From contig OX597820.1 in assembly GCA_951406725.2 (NCBI GenBank), positions 102,486,001 through 102,550,000 on the forward strand: a DNA stretch of 64,000 bases, written 5' to 3'. Both the position numbers and the translations under genes were made by a program. Position 1 is the stretch's first letter, and each line of letters opens with the position of its first letter. Below, piece by piece: positions 1 to 12,830 of this stretch. The DNA is from Octopus vulgaris. Its lineage: Eukaryota. The notes under the pieces were generated by a model. That model worked only from the letters and a program-made list of their open reading frames with translations. It was not told where the DNA came from and made no database searches.

Positions 1-660
1 CACGATCGTAATTTCTATGACAAGAGATAAAAGCATCCAACTGAGCAAGCGTACAGCCAAGCCAAAAAGGATGATCTCGTGGTATCTTTAAGGGAAAGAA
101 TGAGTGGAAAGAAAGAGCGGGTAATAAAGGATGGAGATATTGGGTGAAAGAGAGGGAATCGTCGTACAAAGGGAAGAAAGTGTAAGACTGGATAAAACGA
201 GAAAAGAAGTAGATAGAAAGCTAGAGAATAAATACGAAGTAAGATAGTAGAAGATTGTGGAAGGAGAAAACGAAAGGAATAGACAGTTAATAGTTCTGAC
301 GCTGGGCAGAGGAAGAAATAGAAGGGTAAATAAAGAGAGAGAGAGAGAGGGAGAGATAGAGAGAGATAGAGAGAGAAAGAGAGAGAAAGAGACCAAGGTA
401 GAATGATCTGTAGATATATATGAATATACGGATAGAACGACAAGGAATAAAAGAACAATAAAAGAAGATAGAAATGATTGAGTGAGAAAGGCAGATGGAA
501 AAACCAACAGAGGGTGAAGGTAATGAAGAAGAAAAAAGAGATAAGTGGAAAGAAGTTGCCATACAAAATGGAAACTACTATATAGGGGACCAGTGGAGGT
601 GGAGAGGGAAATATGCGTAGCGTTACATTAATAAATAATAAAATGTTATAACTGAAAATC
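1..660. repeat. Purine-rich (GA) low-complexity tract with (GA)n core
   Basis: Strong A/G strand bias with (AG)n at ~335-390. The overlapping minus-strand ORFs are F/L/S-rich artefacts. Confidence 0.8.
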
Positions 661-1183
661 CAACGAATGAACATACGGAAAACAGGAAAAATATACAAAA
701 TACGTGGTCATGTCCACCCCTCATCAGTTATCAACCAAAAATCATCACAATTTCTACACCTTCTCATATTAGCGTTACATAGTAGAGTTTCACATGTCTT
801 AATCCTGTTGTATAGCTGGAAGACCTTCGGTATCTACAAAATACTTATATTGTTTACTGATTGTTTACTTTTCCGTTACTGTACTTGCTTTCTAGTTTCA
901 TATATTTTCGCGTTAGGTCTAGAGAAACGCGTCTTTTTTGTATTTTTCTCATTCTATATTTCATGTTCGTTCATTTATATCTGAGCAGCATTTTGCTGTT
1001 GACGCCAATAGATTAAACAATATGACCTATACGACGTCGTAATTGTGAAGGTGTTTGGCCGATAACTGATGAGAAGTTAGTGTGTACACAAACATTGTGT
1101 GTTTTATCCGGTTTAATGTATCTTCTTGCGTCATCTTTCTAGCCCTAACATTTTGCTATTATGTAAAAGACACACATTCAAGT

Positions 1184-1220
<37 letters not shown>

Positions 1221-1276
1221 TATATACATATGCATATATACATATTCATACATATATATATTCATACATAAACACA

Positions 1277-1330
<54 letters not shown>

Positions 1331-1374
1331 ACAAATGACAGACAGAAAATGGAATATACGAGAAAATATTATTA

Positions 1375-1478
1375 ATCACAACAATTGTTTCGACACATCT
1401 AGCATCGATTCCTCTTGTGGGACACTCAAAAACTGGTTTAGAAGTATACGGTGGCGCAGATGTATTTCGCCGGGTGAT
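1375..1478 (-). ncRNA. Degenerate Penelope-type type I hammerhead ribozyme motif
   Basis: Minus strand reads atcac-CCGGCGA-aatacatct...agatgtgtc-GAAA-caattg-TT-gtgat. Stems I and II and the palindromic stem III are present, but the core has 2 substitutions versus CUGANGA. Confidence 0.55.
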
Positions 1479-1802
1479 AAACAAATAAAAAAACTTGTTA
1501 AAATGACTGTTCTACAATGCGACTTTCTGTTTTGTAGAGAAAAAAACAGCCTGATGGAGGAAAATTCATATATATAGAAGATCCAAAAATAAAATTATTG
1601 AAGACAATAAGAGAAACGAACATTTAATCTAATGTCATTAAGAATGAAATGTCCAAATTTCACGGTTGTTAACTCTAATGTTTTATCCTGACAATTATCT
1701 GTTCTACAACATTGAAAAGTTACATCATAACTTTTCGAAATGCAATTCATGGTGCCTGATTATATTATGAGTTTTCTCTTGTAAATCAATTTTTGTGAAT
1801 TG

Positions 1803-2811
1803 ATGGATAGATCAAAAATTCGTGTTGTTTATGAATATGAGTTCCGTCGTGGATCCAATGCATCCCAGATAGGTATTTGGTGAAGATGTGGAGCATTAGC
1901 GCACTGTACGTCGATGGTTTGAGAAGTTCCGCTCTGGTGACTTTGCTCTTGAAAATCACCCCCGTGGCAGACCTGAGACCAAGGGGGATAATGATGGACT
2001 GGAAACTAGTGGAAGCAGATACATCTCAAACTACGCGTGAGTTGGTAGCAAGGTTTGATGTTTCGATTCCAACTGTATTGGACCGTCTCAAACAAATCAG
2101 CAAGTTAAAGAAGCTGGACAAGTGGGTACCACACGAACTGAACGAGCATCAAATGACACATCGTCTTGAAAGTTGCTGTTCTTTGCTGTCACAGCATAAA
2201 AGCAAACCACTTTTGCATCGTATTGTTATGTGTGATGAGAAATGGATTCTTTTCAACAATAGCAAGCATTGTGTGCGGTGGTTGGGTAGAGACGGAATGT
2301 CAAGACAACTCAAGAAAGAATATTCACAAAAAAAACTAATGGTGTCTGTATGGTGGTCCAGATCTGGTGTCATCTACTACAGCTCCATGAGACCTGGTAA
2401 GTCAATTACAGCGGATGTAAACATTAACCAAGTGGATGAAACGATGAGTGAACTTGCAATTAAACAACCGAGATTGGTCAATAGAGACAGGCCAATTCTC
2501 TTGCAAGACAATGCTCGATCCCATGTTGCAGAAAGAACGCTACTCAAGTTACAGGAACGGAACTTGGAAGTACTCTGGCATCCACCATATTCACCAGATT
2601 TTTCACCAACTGATTATCACGTTTTCCAGGGATTAGACAACATATTGTAAGGAAAAACTTGAAATCTGAAGAAGATGCAAAAACAGCCTTTTATGATTTC
2701 ATCACCTTGCTCTCCGTTCTTCATCACCTCTTGCTTTTCGCTGGCTGCATAAAGAAGCTACCGATAAAATGGGAAAATTGTGTTGATAATTTAGATGCTT
2801 ACTTTGATTAA
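1803..2811 (+). pseudogene. Mariner (DD34D) transposase, disrupted
   Basis: MDRSKIRVVYEYEFRRG start, RWFEKFRSGDF, WVPHEL, IVMCDEKW, LLQDNARSH and HPPYSPDFSPTD, with 34 residues between the second and third D. Ends AYFD*. Has frameshifts and internal stops; TIRs not resolvable. Confidence 0.95.
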
Positions 2812-2877
2812 TTGCATTGCTTATTGTTGAGATAAAGTAAAATAAACTTTCAGTTCAAGCAGACCGCATTATGTAAT

Positions 2878-3080
2878 ACTGGTATCAAATTTTGGCACAA
2901 GACAGGCAATTTTTAGGGGAGAAGCTAAGACAATTACATGAACACCAGTACACAACTGATGCTTATTTTATTGATCCCGAAAAGAGGAAAAGCAAATTTT
3001 ACCTCTATGGAATTTGAACTCAGAATATAAACACGGACGAAATGCCGCTAAGTATTTTGCATAACTATTCTGCCAGCCTC
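2878..3080 (-). mobile_element. SINE family B copy (tRNA-derived)
   Basis: Reverse complement of the family B sequence (gagttcaaattcc B-box-like motif, ggggtcgataaaataagtaccag domain, ccttgtgccaaaattt tail). Confidence 0.8.
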
Positions 3081-3306
3081 TGATATATCAACATAAAAAA
3101 ATATATAATCAAATTAATTATTTATAGGTAGATTAAATTCCTTCACAAAGAGTCTGACAATTTTCGCACGTTTTAGGAAGGGTGATTCTCTCAGAATCCT
3201 AAAAATTCTCATTAAAATTTCCGAGATGACCAAGTGTGATTACTGAACCAAGTGACTGCTGCAATGGGAGATGTGACATGCGGTAATTCTATTGCAAATG
3301 GATATG

Positions 3307-3448
<142 letters not shown>

Positions 3449-4160
3449 GAGCAACATATCTATCCATAAGTCTTTATTTATGACTTAGAATGATTTCCTA
3501 CCTTTCGTGTTTCTTGGCAACGATGATTTTTAAATAGATATTTTTTCACGTTTTATTAAGTTCTTAGTTGAAGCAATATCACATCTTCTACACGCAAAGC
3601 CATTATATGTTAGCATCACAAAATTCTACTTTCCCTTTATGATGTCTCCCTGCAGTGAAATGAATGTTTCTGATTGAATACATAGATTTCATTTTCCGTC
3701 CAAGAGATTTTAGCCTGCTTTTCCTATTTTACATATATTTTCGTGACATGATAAGCTATTATGCAGAATACGTTTCTGTCCATGCGATTACAGACCGAAA
3801 GTGACGCAATGTAATAAAGATTATACTTCTATATAGTTTAAATTATTTATAATGCTGGAAATGTAATTTGGAGTGCAAATGGCTATGTTGCTAATATTTT
3901 TGCTCATAACTACATGGATTTACGATCGATCCCGTTACATCATACGTTGCCTTTGACCAAGGGCTTCGTATCATTAGATTTTAAAAGGCGTATGTAAAGC
4001 TGTGATGCAAATTATGTCTATTCTGGCCGGTGTTATAAAATTATATATGTATGTAGTTTGAATTTACAAAAAAAAAAAACAAACAAAAAACAAATGTTAA
4101 AGACAGGTATATAAACAACAAACAGGTTTATTAGTTTAACGCTCGGGAAGGCGAGAAAGT

Positions 4161-4196
4161 CTTTTATGTTTCGAGTCTACGATCTTCAGCAGAAAG
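4161..4196 (-). ncRNA. Degenerate minimal hammerhead motif in a short non-coding repeat (~4055-4260)
   Basis: Minus strand reads cttt-CTGCTGA-agatcgtagactc-GAAA-ca-TA-aaag. Stem I cttt/aaag is present; core A6 is changed to C. Confidence 0.5.
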
Positions 4197-5074
4197 GAAC
4201 ACGAGAAAATAACCAGAGGGAGAATAAAAAAGCTTTAGTGACTTGCGGTCGACGCCACAAAGGAAGTAAAATTCAGTCGAATTCTTTTTTGCGCACATTG
4301 TAGCAATCGAGCTTGGCTAACTAGATCGACCAGCGCGAACCGCTGACATCCATGTTGTCTATACAATTACAAGTGTACCCTTGACTGATTACTAGATCCA
4401 GAGTTTAGTTCTGAAGATTTCAGAGTATCGTATGACACACAATGAAGTCTGGAGAATAATTCATTTTTAATTCACGGATTATAAATTATTAATTGAAAAT
4501 GTATAATTCTCTATTCGTCTTTCTGTATAAATATATATAAGACCTTTGTTATTATTTGTTCCAACTGAATTGTGAATATGATCTATTTATTGACTTTTAA
4601 GTATCAGATACGTACGATAGAGTGATTAACAATAGTGACATCAATGAAATATGTATATAAAATTGCCCCTTGCTTATTGTATTGTAATCCATAAAATTAA
4701 TGTTTGTATTTGTTTCGGTTAGGAACAAGAATTTTAAGTAAATTTACAGTTAAGAAATATGTCATCAATTCCTAGAAGTCAGTTCTTTACAAATTCTCTT
4801 TATTGATACCTTCCTTCATTTATAAAGGAATATATTAGCGAGATTTGAGCCGATGAAAGTTTTGAGGACATCAGTTATACAGTGTATATGCTATAAAAGA
4901 CAACGAATTGGTCGTGCCGTTAAAGTGTCATAAAAACTGCCTTACCATATTTGTTTCGATTATCTGCTCTCTGAGTTCAAATCCTACCATGGCCAACTTT
5001 GTATTACATCCCTATGGTGCCGATATATAAAGCTGCAATTCAGTTCATTGGATGGTATGACTTGTATCATATGT

Positions 5075-5345
5075 TCCGACCGCTTTCACTCTGGTGACAA
5101 CAACTTTGACGACATCGGTGGCAAACTTAATCGGCCATACCTTTCCGATGGACAGCCCCGGTTGTGTGGCGAGGGGAGACTTCCGTACCGAGGAAACAGT
5201 TGAATTTCAAACACAAAACAAACTTTGCAAGGCACATGCTTTGGCGAGAAACTTGCCAGGTTCAGAAAGTCGCAGTCAGCTATATCCGAGGAAGACTCTA
5301 GATATAGATGTGTTTCATACAGCATTCGGCTATATCGTTCATTGT
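5075..5345 (+). pseudogene. Highly degraded mariner transposase N-terminal fragment
   Basis: DRFHSGDNNFDD...RP resembles the mariner RFRSGDFxLxD..GRP motif; the remainder is only weakly similar. Confidence 0.4.
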
Positions 5346-5477
5346 ACTTATTTATCTGCTTGATATTCAATATTAGATAGATACAATTATTTGCAATTTT
5401 CATATTTGATTCTACGTGAGGAAGAAAATGAAGCACAATATTCAGGTAGTACATAATTCATCTACTTTACAAATATA

Positions 5478-5635
5478 GGCGCTGACGTGGCTGTGTGGTA
5501 AGAAGATTGCTTCTCAACTACATTGTTTTGAGTTCAGTGTCACTGCGTAGCACCTTAGGCAAGTATCTTTTACTATAGCCCCGGGCCGATCAAACCCTTG
5601 TGAGTAGACCAGGTTCGAAAAAGGAGCCCGTCAGC
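5478..5635 (+). mobile_element. SINE family A head (tRNA-derived); its tail probably lies at 7770-8008
   Basis: gtggctgtgtggtaagaag A-box, gagttcagtgtc B-box and caccttaggcaagt, matching the intact copy at 8878-9340. Confidence 0.85.
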
Positions 5636-5705
5636 CACATTTAGGCGGTAAATATACTTCATGATATATATATATATATACATATATATATATGCATATA
5701 TATAT

Positions 5706-5808
<103 letters not shown>

Positions 5809-5997
5809 TATATATATTTTATTATTTGAGTTCAGCAAAGATTTGCTTTACCACATACCGAAGTTTAAAAATAGTAGCCAAAGAACCTTAGCTATTTCCT
5901 CTACTTTAAAATGAGATTCCCGGACAAAAACAAAGTACCCGAAAACAACTCACGCAGACAAAGCGGAAAAAGAACGAAAATCAATCGGTATTTGATT

Positions 5998-6082
5998 TCC
6001 CATGGACGCGTTTCGAAATTAGATCGATGTAAAGAATGTAGAATTCATACTTTACCCAAATACTTTCCTCTTCAGCATGGGA
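5998..6082 (-). ncRNA. Type I hammerhead ribozyme, intact core, in a ~5820-6350 non-coding insertion
   Basis: Minus strand reads tcccatg-CTGAAGA-ggaaa...tttc-GAAA-cgcg-TC-catggga. Perfect 7-bp stem I, palindromic stem III and a GUC cleavage triplet. Confidence 0.85.
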
Positions 6083-6414
6083 CTTCTCTATATTAAATTC
6101 GAAAGCACTGGAAGAATTGAATATACCTCTCCATCTAACAGTATCAGACAGATCATATTCAACGTTCAGTACCGCCGAATTCAAAATATACGAATGAGGT
6201 TCATCACCTTCCCCTGCCCATCCACGTGTGTCGTCAAGTAAAAATACTACAGAAAAAATCTGTAGTTTATTATACGGGAGAAAATTATACTATGAATAAT
6301 AACAAAGGGTAAAATTAATTAATTAACTAGCAATCAATAATTTCACCAAGTATATACATACATACATACATACATACATACATACATACATACATACATA
6401 CATACATACATACA

Positions 6415-6499
<85 letters not shown>

Positions 6500-6504
6500 T
6501 TGAA

Positions 6505-6810
6505 ACTATTTTGATAACTTTTCCATTTTAATAATTACAAGTTTGCAAAAAGTGACTCTGATTGAGTTTCTCGCTTGAAAGCGGTTTGCAAACTAATAAT
6601 TTAGAGTTAGTTTTTTTGCTTAAATAGTGAGTCTGTGTGTATGTAAGTGGGGTGTTGATGTTTGTATATGTGTATGCTTGTAATGAATCACTCCCTATTT
6701 AAGCAAAAAATGAACTCTAAATTATTAGTTTGAAAACCGCTTTCAAGCGAGAATCTCAGTCACTTTTGGTAAACATTTAATTATTAAAGCAGAAAAATTA
6801 TCAGAAAAGC
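6505..6810. mobile_element. Foldback element (arms ~6511-6632 and ~6690-6805), each arm with a U3-A8 hammerhead-like motif
   Basis: The arms are reverse complements (ctcgcttgaaagcggttt...ttgcttaaatag / ctatttaagcaa...aaaccgctttcaagcgag) around a TG-rich spacer. Confidence 0.85.
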
Positions 6811-6849
6811 TTTTTCTGTTAATCTTACACACACATGCATACGCACACT

Positions 6850-7765
6850 CTAGGTAAAACTTCTGTGTGAATTATGTTAAGTCTTGCAGTGTGCACGTGC
6901 AAATTTACAGCTCAAGTCCAATGGAAATGATCTTTTTCTATTGTGTAATTTGTGTTTGTGATGAGCGTATTAAAAAAAGTTTTCTCAGAAATCCTGTTCT
7001 TTACCTCTTCTTTCTAGCATGTCCGAATTGACATTTCTGCCCCCCCCCCCCCCACGCCCACTATTTTTCTTCCAAAATTTCTTCTGATTCCTATGTTTGC
7101 GATTCAGGACATTAGGATTTCACCCACAAAACATGTTCTCAATATTTTCTCCCTCTCTACACCAAATCCAGTTTTTACTTTTTTCGAAATTTTACTCTTA
7201 GTAATCTATGGAGAGAAAACAGAGAGTACAAATCTTCAAGAATTTTACCTATCACCTCACCACTTTCCAAAAGCTACACACTCCCAATATTTCACTTTTA
7301 GCTTTTTGGAAAGTAGGGAAGTTTCTTCAGAAACAATGTCGTTTACCTTTGCATTGTGTGTTTCTTTACAAAAAATTAAACCATAAAAAAAATATATATT
7401 TCCCAGATTCGCAATCTCTGCATTTTTCTATTAAGATAGCAAAAAAAAAAAAAATTGAAAAGTTACTAATTAAGAAACTGCGGTGGGAATAGGGGGAAAT
7501 TAAAATTTTGAAAACATGATTTCTGGACAAAATCATATCAACCCACGATGAAACAATACATAGTTTGTGATCCTTCTTAAGAACAGAAAGCACTTTCATG
7601 CAAATCCATGCAAATTGTACCCTCGACTTTCATTATTAAAAAAAATAAGTTCAATTATTCCATTAACTATATATCAGCTGTGCCGATTCTGCCCATAACA
7701 AAGGAGAAATGATACAATGTGCTTGTAGGTCATAACACCTGGGCAACGCCGGGATGCATTGCTAG
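6850..7765 (+). mobile_element. Non-autonomous Helitron (5' end uncertain)
   Basis: Typical 3' terminus: hairpin cctgggcaacgccggg (7738-7753), then CTAG (7762-7765), then T. Confidence 0.6.
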
Positions 7766-7769
7766 TGTG

Positions 7770-8008
7770 TTTGTGTGTGTGTGTGTATGTGTGTGTTTTT
7801 GTATGTGTATTTGTTCCTCACCACAGCTTGGCAACCGGTGCTGGTGTGTTTACGACTCATAAGTTAGTGGTTCGGCAAAAGAGGCCGGTAGAATATTACC
7901 AGGCTTAAAAAATAAGTACTGCGGTTGATTTATTCGATTAAAATATTTGAAGATGGATCCACAGCATAGCTACAGTCTAATGACTGAAAACAAAAAGAAG
8001 ATAAAAGA
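7770..8008 (+). mobile_element. SINE family A tail half
   Basis: gcttggcaaccggtgctggtgtgtttacg...ggttcggcaaaagag...cagtctaatgactgaaa. Confidence 0.85.
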
Positions 8009-8877
8009 TTGATTAAATCTATTTAAATTTATATCTCGATGTATCAAGTTTACAAATTTGTATCAATCTTAGCAATATGCGTGGAGCAAAAGAAAAACGG
8101 GTTTAAGTGTTTTTCGCCCCTTTGCGTTTCGAGTATTGCCTTTCATTCTTTTGAGGACAATAAAATAAAATGCCAGTCTTGTATTGAGGCCTACTCTAAT
8201 TATCTGCTTCAGTATTTGATTATACGCTATTAATGTGGGAAATGTTTCTTTCTTTCAAATGTGACGGTAGAAGATTGTAGAACGTAAGAACTCTGGACAA
8301 AATGTCTTGCAGGAAATACGTCCATTTCATTTCTGAATAAGAAGCCGATGTGATAGATTTTATGTTTCAATCTTTCTGAAATAAGTACCAACTAATAGGT
8401 AGGGTCAATTTAAGTGATTATTCTCTCCCTTTTCAAATATGCTTCAAATAATGGGTTTTATTATTTTCAGCATTTTCAACATCACAAGTAACTGCAGTAA
8501 CATTAAGTGCAATAATTAAGAAAGTAAAGAAAATGATTCAGAAACTTTTACCTTATTAGGGCTCATCAAGAAGATATATATCTTATAGACATATCCTTAA
8601 AAAATATACAGCTTTGTGGCAAATTTAGAAATCAATATTCTGAAAAAAATCGTGAAATAGCCACAAAAATAGTTATGAGAAGTATTTAAGAAATTTTTAA
8701 TTTACCAAGTTTATTTGGTTAACGTTTTGGAACGGAATATGGAAGCTACTTTCAAAAAGTTTTCCTTGTCTATCTTAATAATTTATGCGACGAGACAGGC
8801 ACATTTCTTGTTGCTTGAGATTATTCTGAAGAATAACGAAATGTAAAATTATTTAGGATTAAATTCCATATAATTAT

Positions 8878-9340
8878 AAGCGTGGCTGTGTGGTAAGAAG
8901 TTTACTTCCCAACTACATGGTTCCGCGTTCAGTCCTACTACATGGTACCTTGGGCAAGTCTCTTCAACTCTAGCCTCGGGTCGTACAAATCCTTGCGATT
9001 GGATTTGACAGATGGAAACTGAAGGAAGCCCGTCGTATGTATGTATGTATGTATGTTTGTATTTGTGTATTTATGTATATATATATATATATACATAGAT
9101 ATGTTTGAATCTTTTGTGTGTATGTCTTTGTGTCTGTGTTTGTCCTCTACCACCACTTGACGGTGTAGGTGTGTTTACGTTTCCGTAACTTAGCGGATCG
9201 GCAAAAGAGACCGATGGAATAAGTAAGTACCAGGCTTAAAAATAAGATAAGTACTGGGGTCGATTCATTCGACTAAAAATCCTTCAAGATGGTGCCCTAG
9301 TATGGCCGCAGTCTAATAGCTGAAACAAATAAAAGATAGA
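8878..9340 (+). mobile_element. SINE family A, full length, with internal (TA/TG) microsatellite
   Basis: tRNA-like head, ccttgggcaagt, gacagatggaaactgaaggaagcccgtcg, microsatellite, then tail ending gcagtctaatagctgaaac. Confidence 0.9.
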
Positions 9341-9747
9341 AGGGTATTAAAAGATTCTGATTTGACAGGAATAAGAGTGATATAGCTAGATGTCTTACAG
9401 TATTACTGCCACCCTGTATATTCTAAATTCAGATCCTCAGCTTTTAGTTTTTTTATCCAAATGAATTTGAGAAAATATGCACCAGTAATAATATGTTAAG
9501 TGATTCTATCGAACATACAAACTTCCTCTACAAAAATTGCTTTTGCGCTTCCTTAAAAGAAAACCCATATATTAATTTATGCTAGGCTTCAGAGTTGATG
9601 ATCTTTCTTTTTCTTTTCAAACGTATTGAGTGGATTTGGTGCTATACCCGTACGAAGCTGTCAAGAGAGACGGAAATATCAAACTGACTGCTAAACAATA
9701 CGCTGCCAGTTGCAACATTACTGCGTGGATTTCCTTTATCCTTCTCA

Positions 9748-10034
9748 TTACATACGTACATACATACATACATGCATACATGCATACATACATACATACA
9801 TACATATATATATATATACACATATATATATATATACATATATATATACATATATACATATATATATATATACATATATACATATATATATACATATATA
9901 CATATATATATACACACACATATATATATATATATGTATATATATATCTATATATATCTATATATACATACACACACGCATGCACGCACACACACATGTA
10001 TGTAAGTATGTATGTATGTATGTATGTATGTATA
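9748..10034. repeat. Compound (TACA)n/(TA)n/(TATG)n microsatellite
   Basis: Direct reading. Confidence 0.95.
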
Positions 10035-10092
10035 TTAAAAGTGATTTGGACGATGTTTTCTATTTCGGCAGCATTCATTTTTATTTCTAGTT

Positions 10093-11910
10093 AGCTTCAT
10101 TTTCTAATAAAAACTAAAACTAACAAGTTTATGCGAGGCAGTAATTTACACTTGATATAGTAATTTACATGTGGTTTCTTCAAGTTCTCTGTGATTATAT
10201 TCAGAAAATTATATGAAAAGCGAATGATATAACTTAACTGTCAGGACACATCTGTCAAGATTTATATCGCTCGAGGATTTTATATCCAATATCGACATTT
10301 TATTGGGATGTTTTAAGGTTAATTCTCTTCAACTAATTATGAAAAACATCGACTAGGAAAAACGTCTTCTATAATATTATCTTCTTTCATTCAACAAACC
10401 CACTATTAAGCTCTGGTGCAAATAAATTTATGTGCACTATACATTTTTCAGGTTTTGTTCTAATTAATCAAGCTGACGTTTGCCAGAACTCCGACATCTT
10501 AAAAGCAGTCATTCAGTGGCCGAAGTTTTTTTTATTCGTTTGAGTAATACTCAACTGACAACTCGATCAAACATTTGTGAGTATTTGAGTAACTCTTGCC
10601 TCAGAAAGGACGAGAATCTGGAAAAAAAAAACTAGGCGAGTGATTATACAGTTTAAGTTTAATTTGTTCTGAAGAATGAAAAGGTGGATGTCGGAGTGGG
10701 GAGAGTAGCAAAAGTCCAGACGTTAGCTGGTTAGCTGGATAGTCCGAATCCTACGTCATTTGTGACTGCATTATCTAAGACACCTATAATAATGGCTCAG
10801 TCCAATTAGCTGTAATTAAGTACTGCATATTATGGAATACTCTTTGATGTTTGCAGTGACACTTGCTATGTCATTTGAGAAAATGAATAACTGGAAATTC
10901 AGTTAATCTACAAGGCTGATCACCGATTCACAGATTACACTAATAATCTTGTCTGCTCTAGGTACAAGGCCCGGAATTTTGGGGGAGGGGGCAGTCGATT
11001 AGATCGACCCGAGTACGCAACTGGTACTTAACTTATCGACCCCGAAAGGAGGAAAGGCAAAGTCAACCGCGGATGAATTTGAACTTAGAACGTAAAGAGA
11101 GAACGTCAAGACAGAGTACACTAATAATGAAAAGTCAAGTAATTTATTCATTTATAAATGAAGGAAGTAGTCGATAAAGGAAAGTTTTAAAGATAAGATT
11201 TCTAGGAAATAATGACATATTTCTTAATTGTAAACACTGTAAGGTCGTGGGTTAATATAACTGTTGGAATGACATACTAAAGAGGAAACAGTATTACAAA
11301 GCTCCCATTTATGCTCGGAGATCAAATTTCTCTGGTGTCGACTTTATCTTTCATCCATCCAACATCGATACAATTAGTAACAGTAATAACCTTTAGTTAA
11401 TTCGGTTTATTATATAACTAAGCCCACACAATATTTATTATGTACTGAAGTAAGAAACAAATGAATTGAACAATGCAGCTGAAGTTTCGCATTTCCTATT
11501 AATGAGGTTGATAGCAAGGAGAACATAAACCGATAGGATAATGCTATAGATTATGCTTAGTGATGTAAGAATGAATACAATGAGAAAAATAATAGAAATA
11601 CGATAGATCTGTGTAAAGCAGCCACAGAAATAATAAGACACTAAATCATACACACACGTATAATGTACATAATGAATATAGTAGAGTTCAAAACATTTCC
11701 TATATATATACTGTAAGATTTCGATCACAGAAAATTGTTTACGCTGTAAATGACTGAGATGGTTACAAGGCATGATACATCCACTTTATTTTAGACAATG
11801 TTCATTGAAATATGAAGTTTAAAAATGATTTAAGAATATATAAAGAAATATTAGAAATAAAAATCAAAGATACAAATATACAATATATACGATGGAGAGT
11901 TAATTCACAA
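10093..11910. repeat. Copy 1 of a locally duplicated ~1.8 kb unit
   Basis: Collinear with 17541-18311 plus 20033-21100; for example ttaactgtcaggacacaYctgtcaagatttatatcgc occurs in both. Confidence 0.85.
10949..11117 (-). mobile_element. SINE family B, 5'-truncated, with 12-bp TSD
   Basis: Flanked by tacactaataat at 10937-10948 and 11118-11129; absent from the paralogous unit at ~20090. Confidence 0.85.
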
Positions 11911-11945
11911 TCCTCTGTATTTTTATTTCATTATTCTGAAGGCTT

Positions 11946-12830
11946 AAGGCGGCGAACTGATAGAATAAAATAAATATCAGTTGAGCAGTAGAGTCGATGT
12001 AATCGACTTAAAATCTCCTCCCAAAATTGCTGGTCTTGTGCCTATTGTAGCAAGAATTATTAAAAAGACTTAAAGCAGCGAACTGATCGAACAGGTGTAG
12101 AGTGTCGGAGAAAATACCAGGCAATATTTCTCCCGATTCATTACGTTTTGAGTTCAAATTCCGCCTAAGTCTACTTGCCTATCCGGTTTCTGGGGTTGAG
12201 AGAATAACGTGCTAGTCAAGTATCCGAATCAATGATATCGACTAATCTCTTCCTCTTTAAATAATGCTGGCTGTGTGCCTAATTTGAAACTATTTAAACG
12301 AAGACTATCTCCTTTGTGTGGGAGGTGGAGGGGGCGGATTATCAGAAACGTTAAAGTGTTCCAAGTAAATGCTTTCTGGTTGCTCTTATATTTCCTTTGA
12401 GTTCAAATTCCGTCAAGGCAAACTTTGTCTTTCATCCTTTCGGTGGGGTCAATGAATTAAAGTACCAGTAAAATACTCGGATCGACAGCATTTGCTCAAT
12501 CAACATTTTTTTATAATGCTGTCCTTGTGGCTAAATCAGAGCAGTGAAGTGGTAGAATTGTTACAGTGTCAGAACAGGAAAAAACAAAAAAAACAAAAAC
12601 AAGCAAAAGAAAAAACAGAACAAAAAAAAACCAAACAAAAAAGCCGCATTGTTTTTAGTATTTGTTTAGGGTCTCTTTTGATTCTGAATTCAAATCCAGC
12701 CAATGTTAACTTTGCTTTACATTCCTCCGGGTCGGCAAATGAAAGACCCAGTGAAATATTGGGGTTCGATGAAATCGTCTAAACTCCTCCTCTCAACATA
12801 ACTGTTGGCATTGTACATAAATTAGAATCA
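11946..12830 (+). mobile_element. Cluster of about 4 degenerate SINE family B copies
   Basis: Repeated aaggcggcgaactg / gagttcaaattccg / ctttcatcctttcgg / cttgtgcc motifs. Confidence 0.75.

Noticed and set aside
15-698. 227-aa and overlapping minus-strand ORFs
   Set aside because: Translation of pyrimidine-rich low-complexity DNA with no domain signature.
905-935. GAAAcgcgTC hammerhead 3' half
   Set aside because: No correctly placed CUGANGA or stem I.
1058-1111. CTGATGA with gataa/ttatc stem I (possible hammerhead)
   Set aside because: G12 is missing and stem II is not convincing; at best a very decayed copy.
9617-10094. Many 60-180 aa ORFs rich in YI/HT/CV (also at 15.8, 26.5, 27.9, 56.8 and 58.5 kb)
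   Set aside because: Stop-free translations of dinucleotide and tetranucleotide microsatellites.
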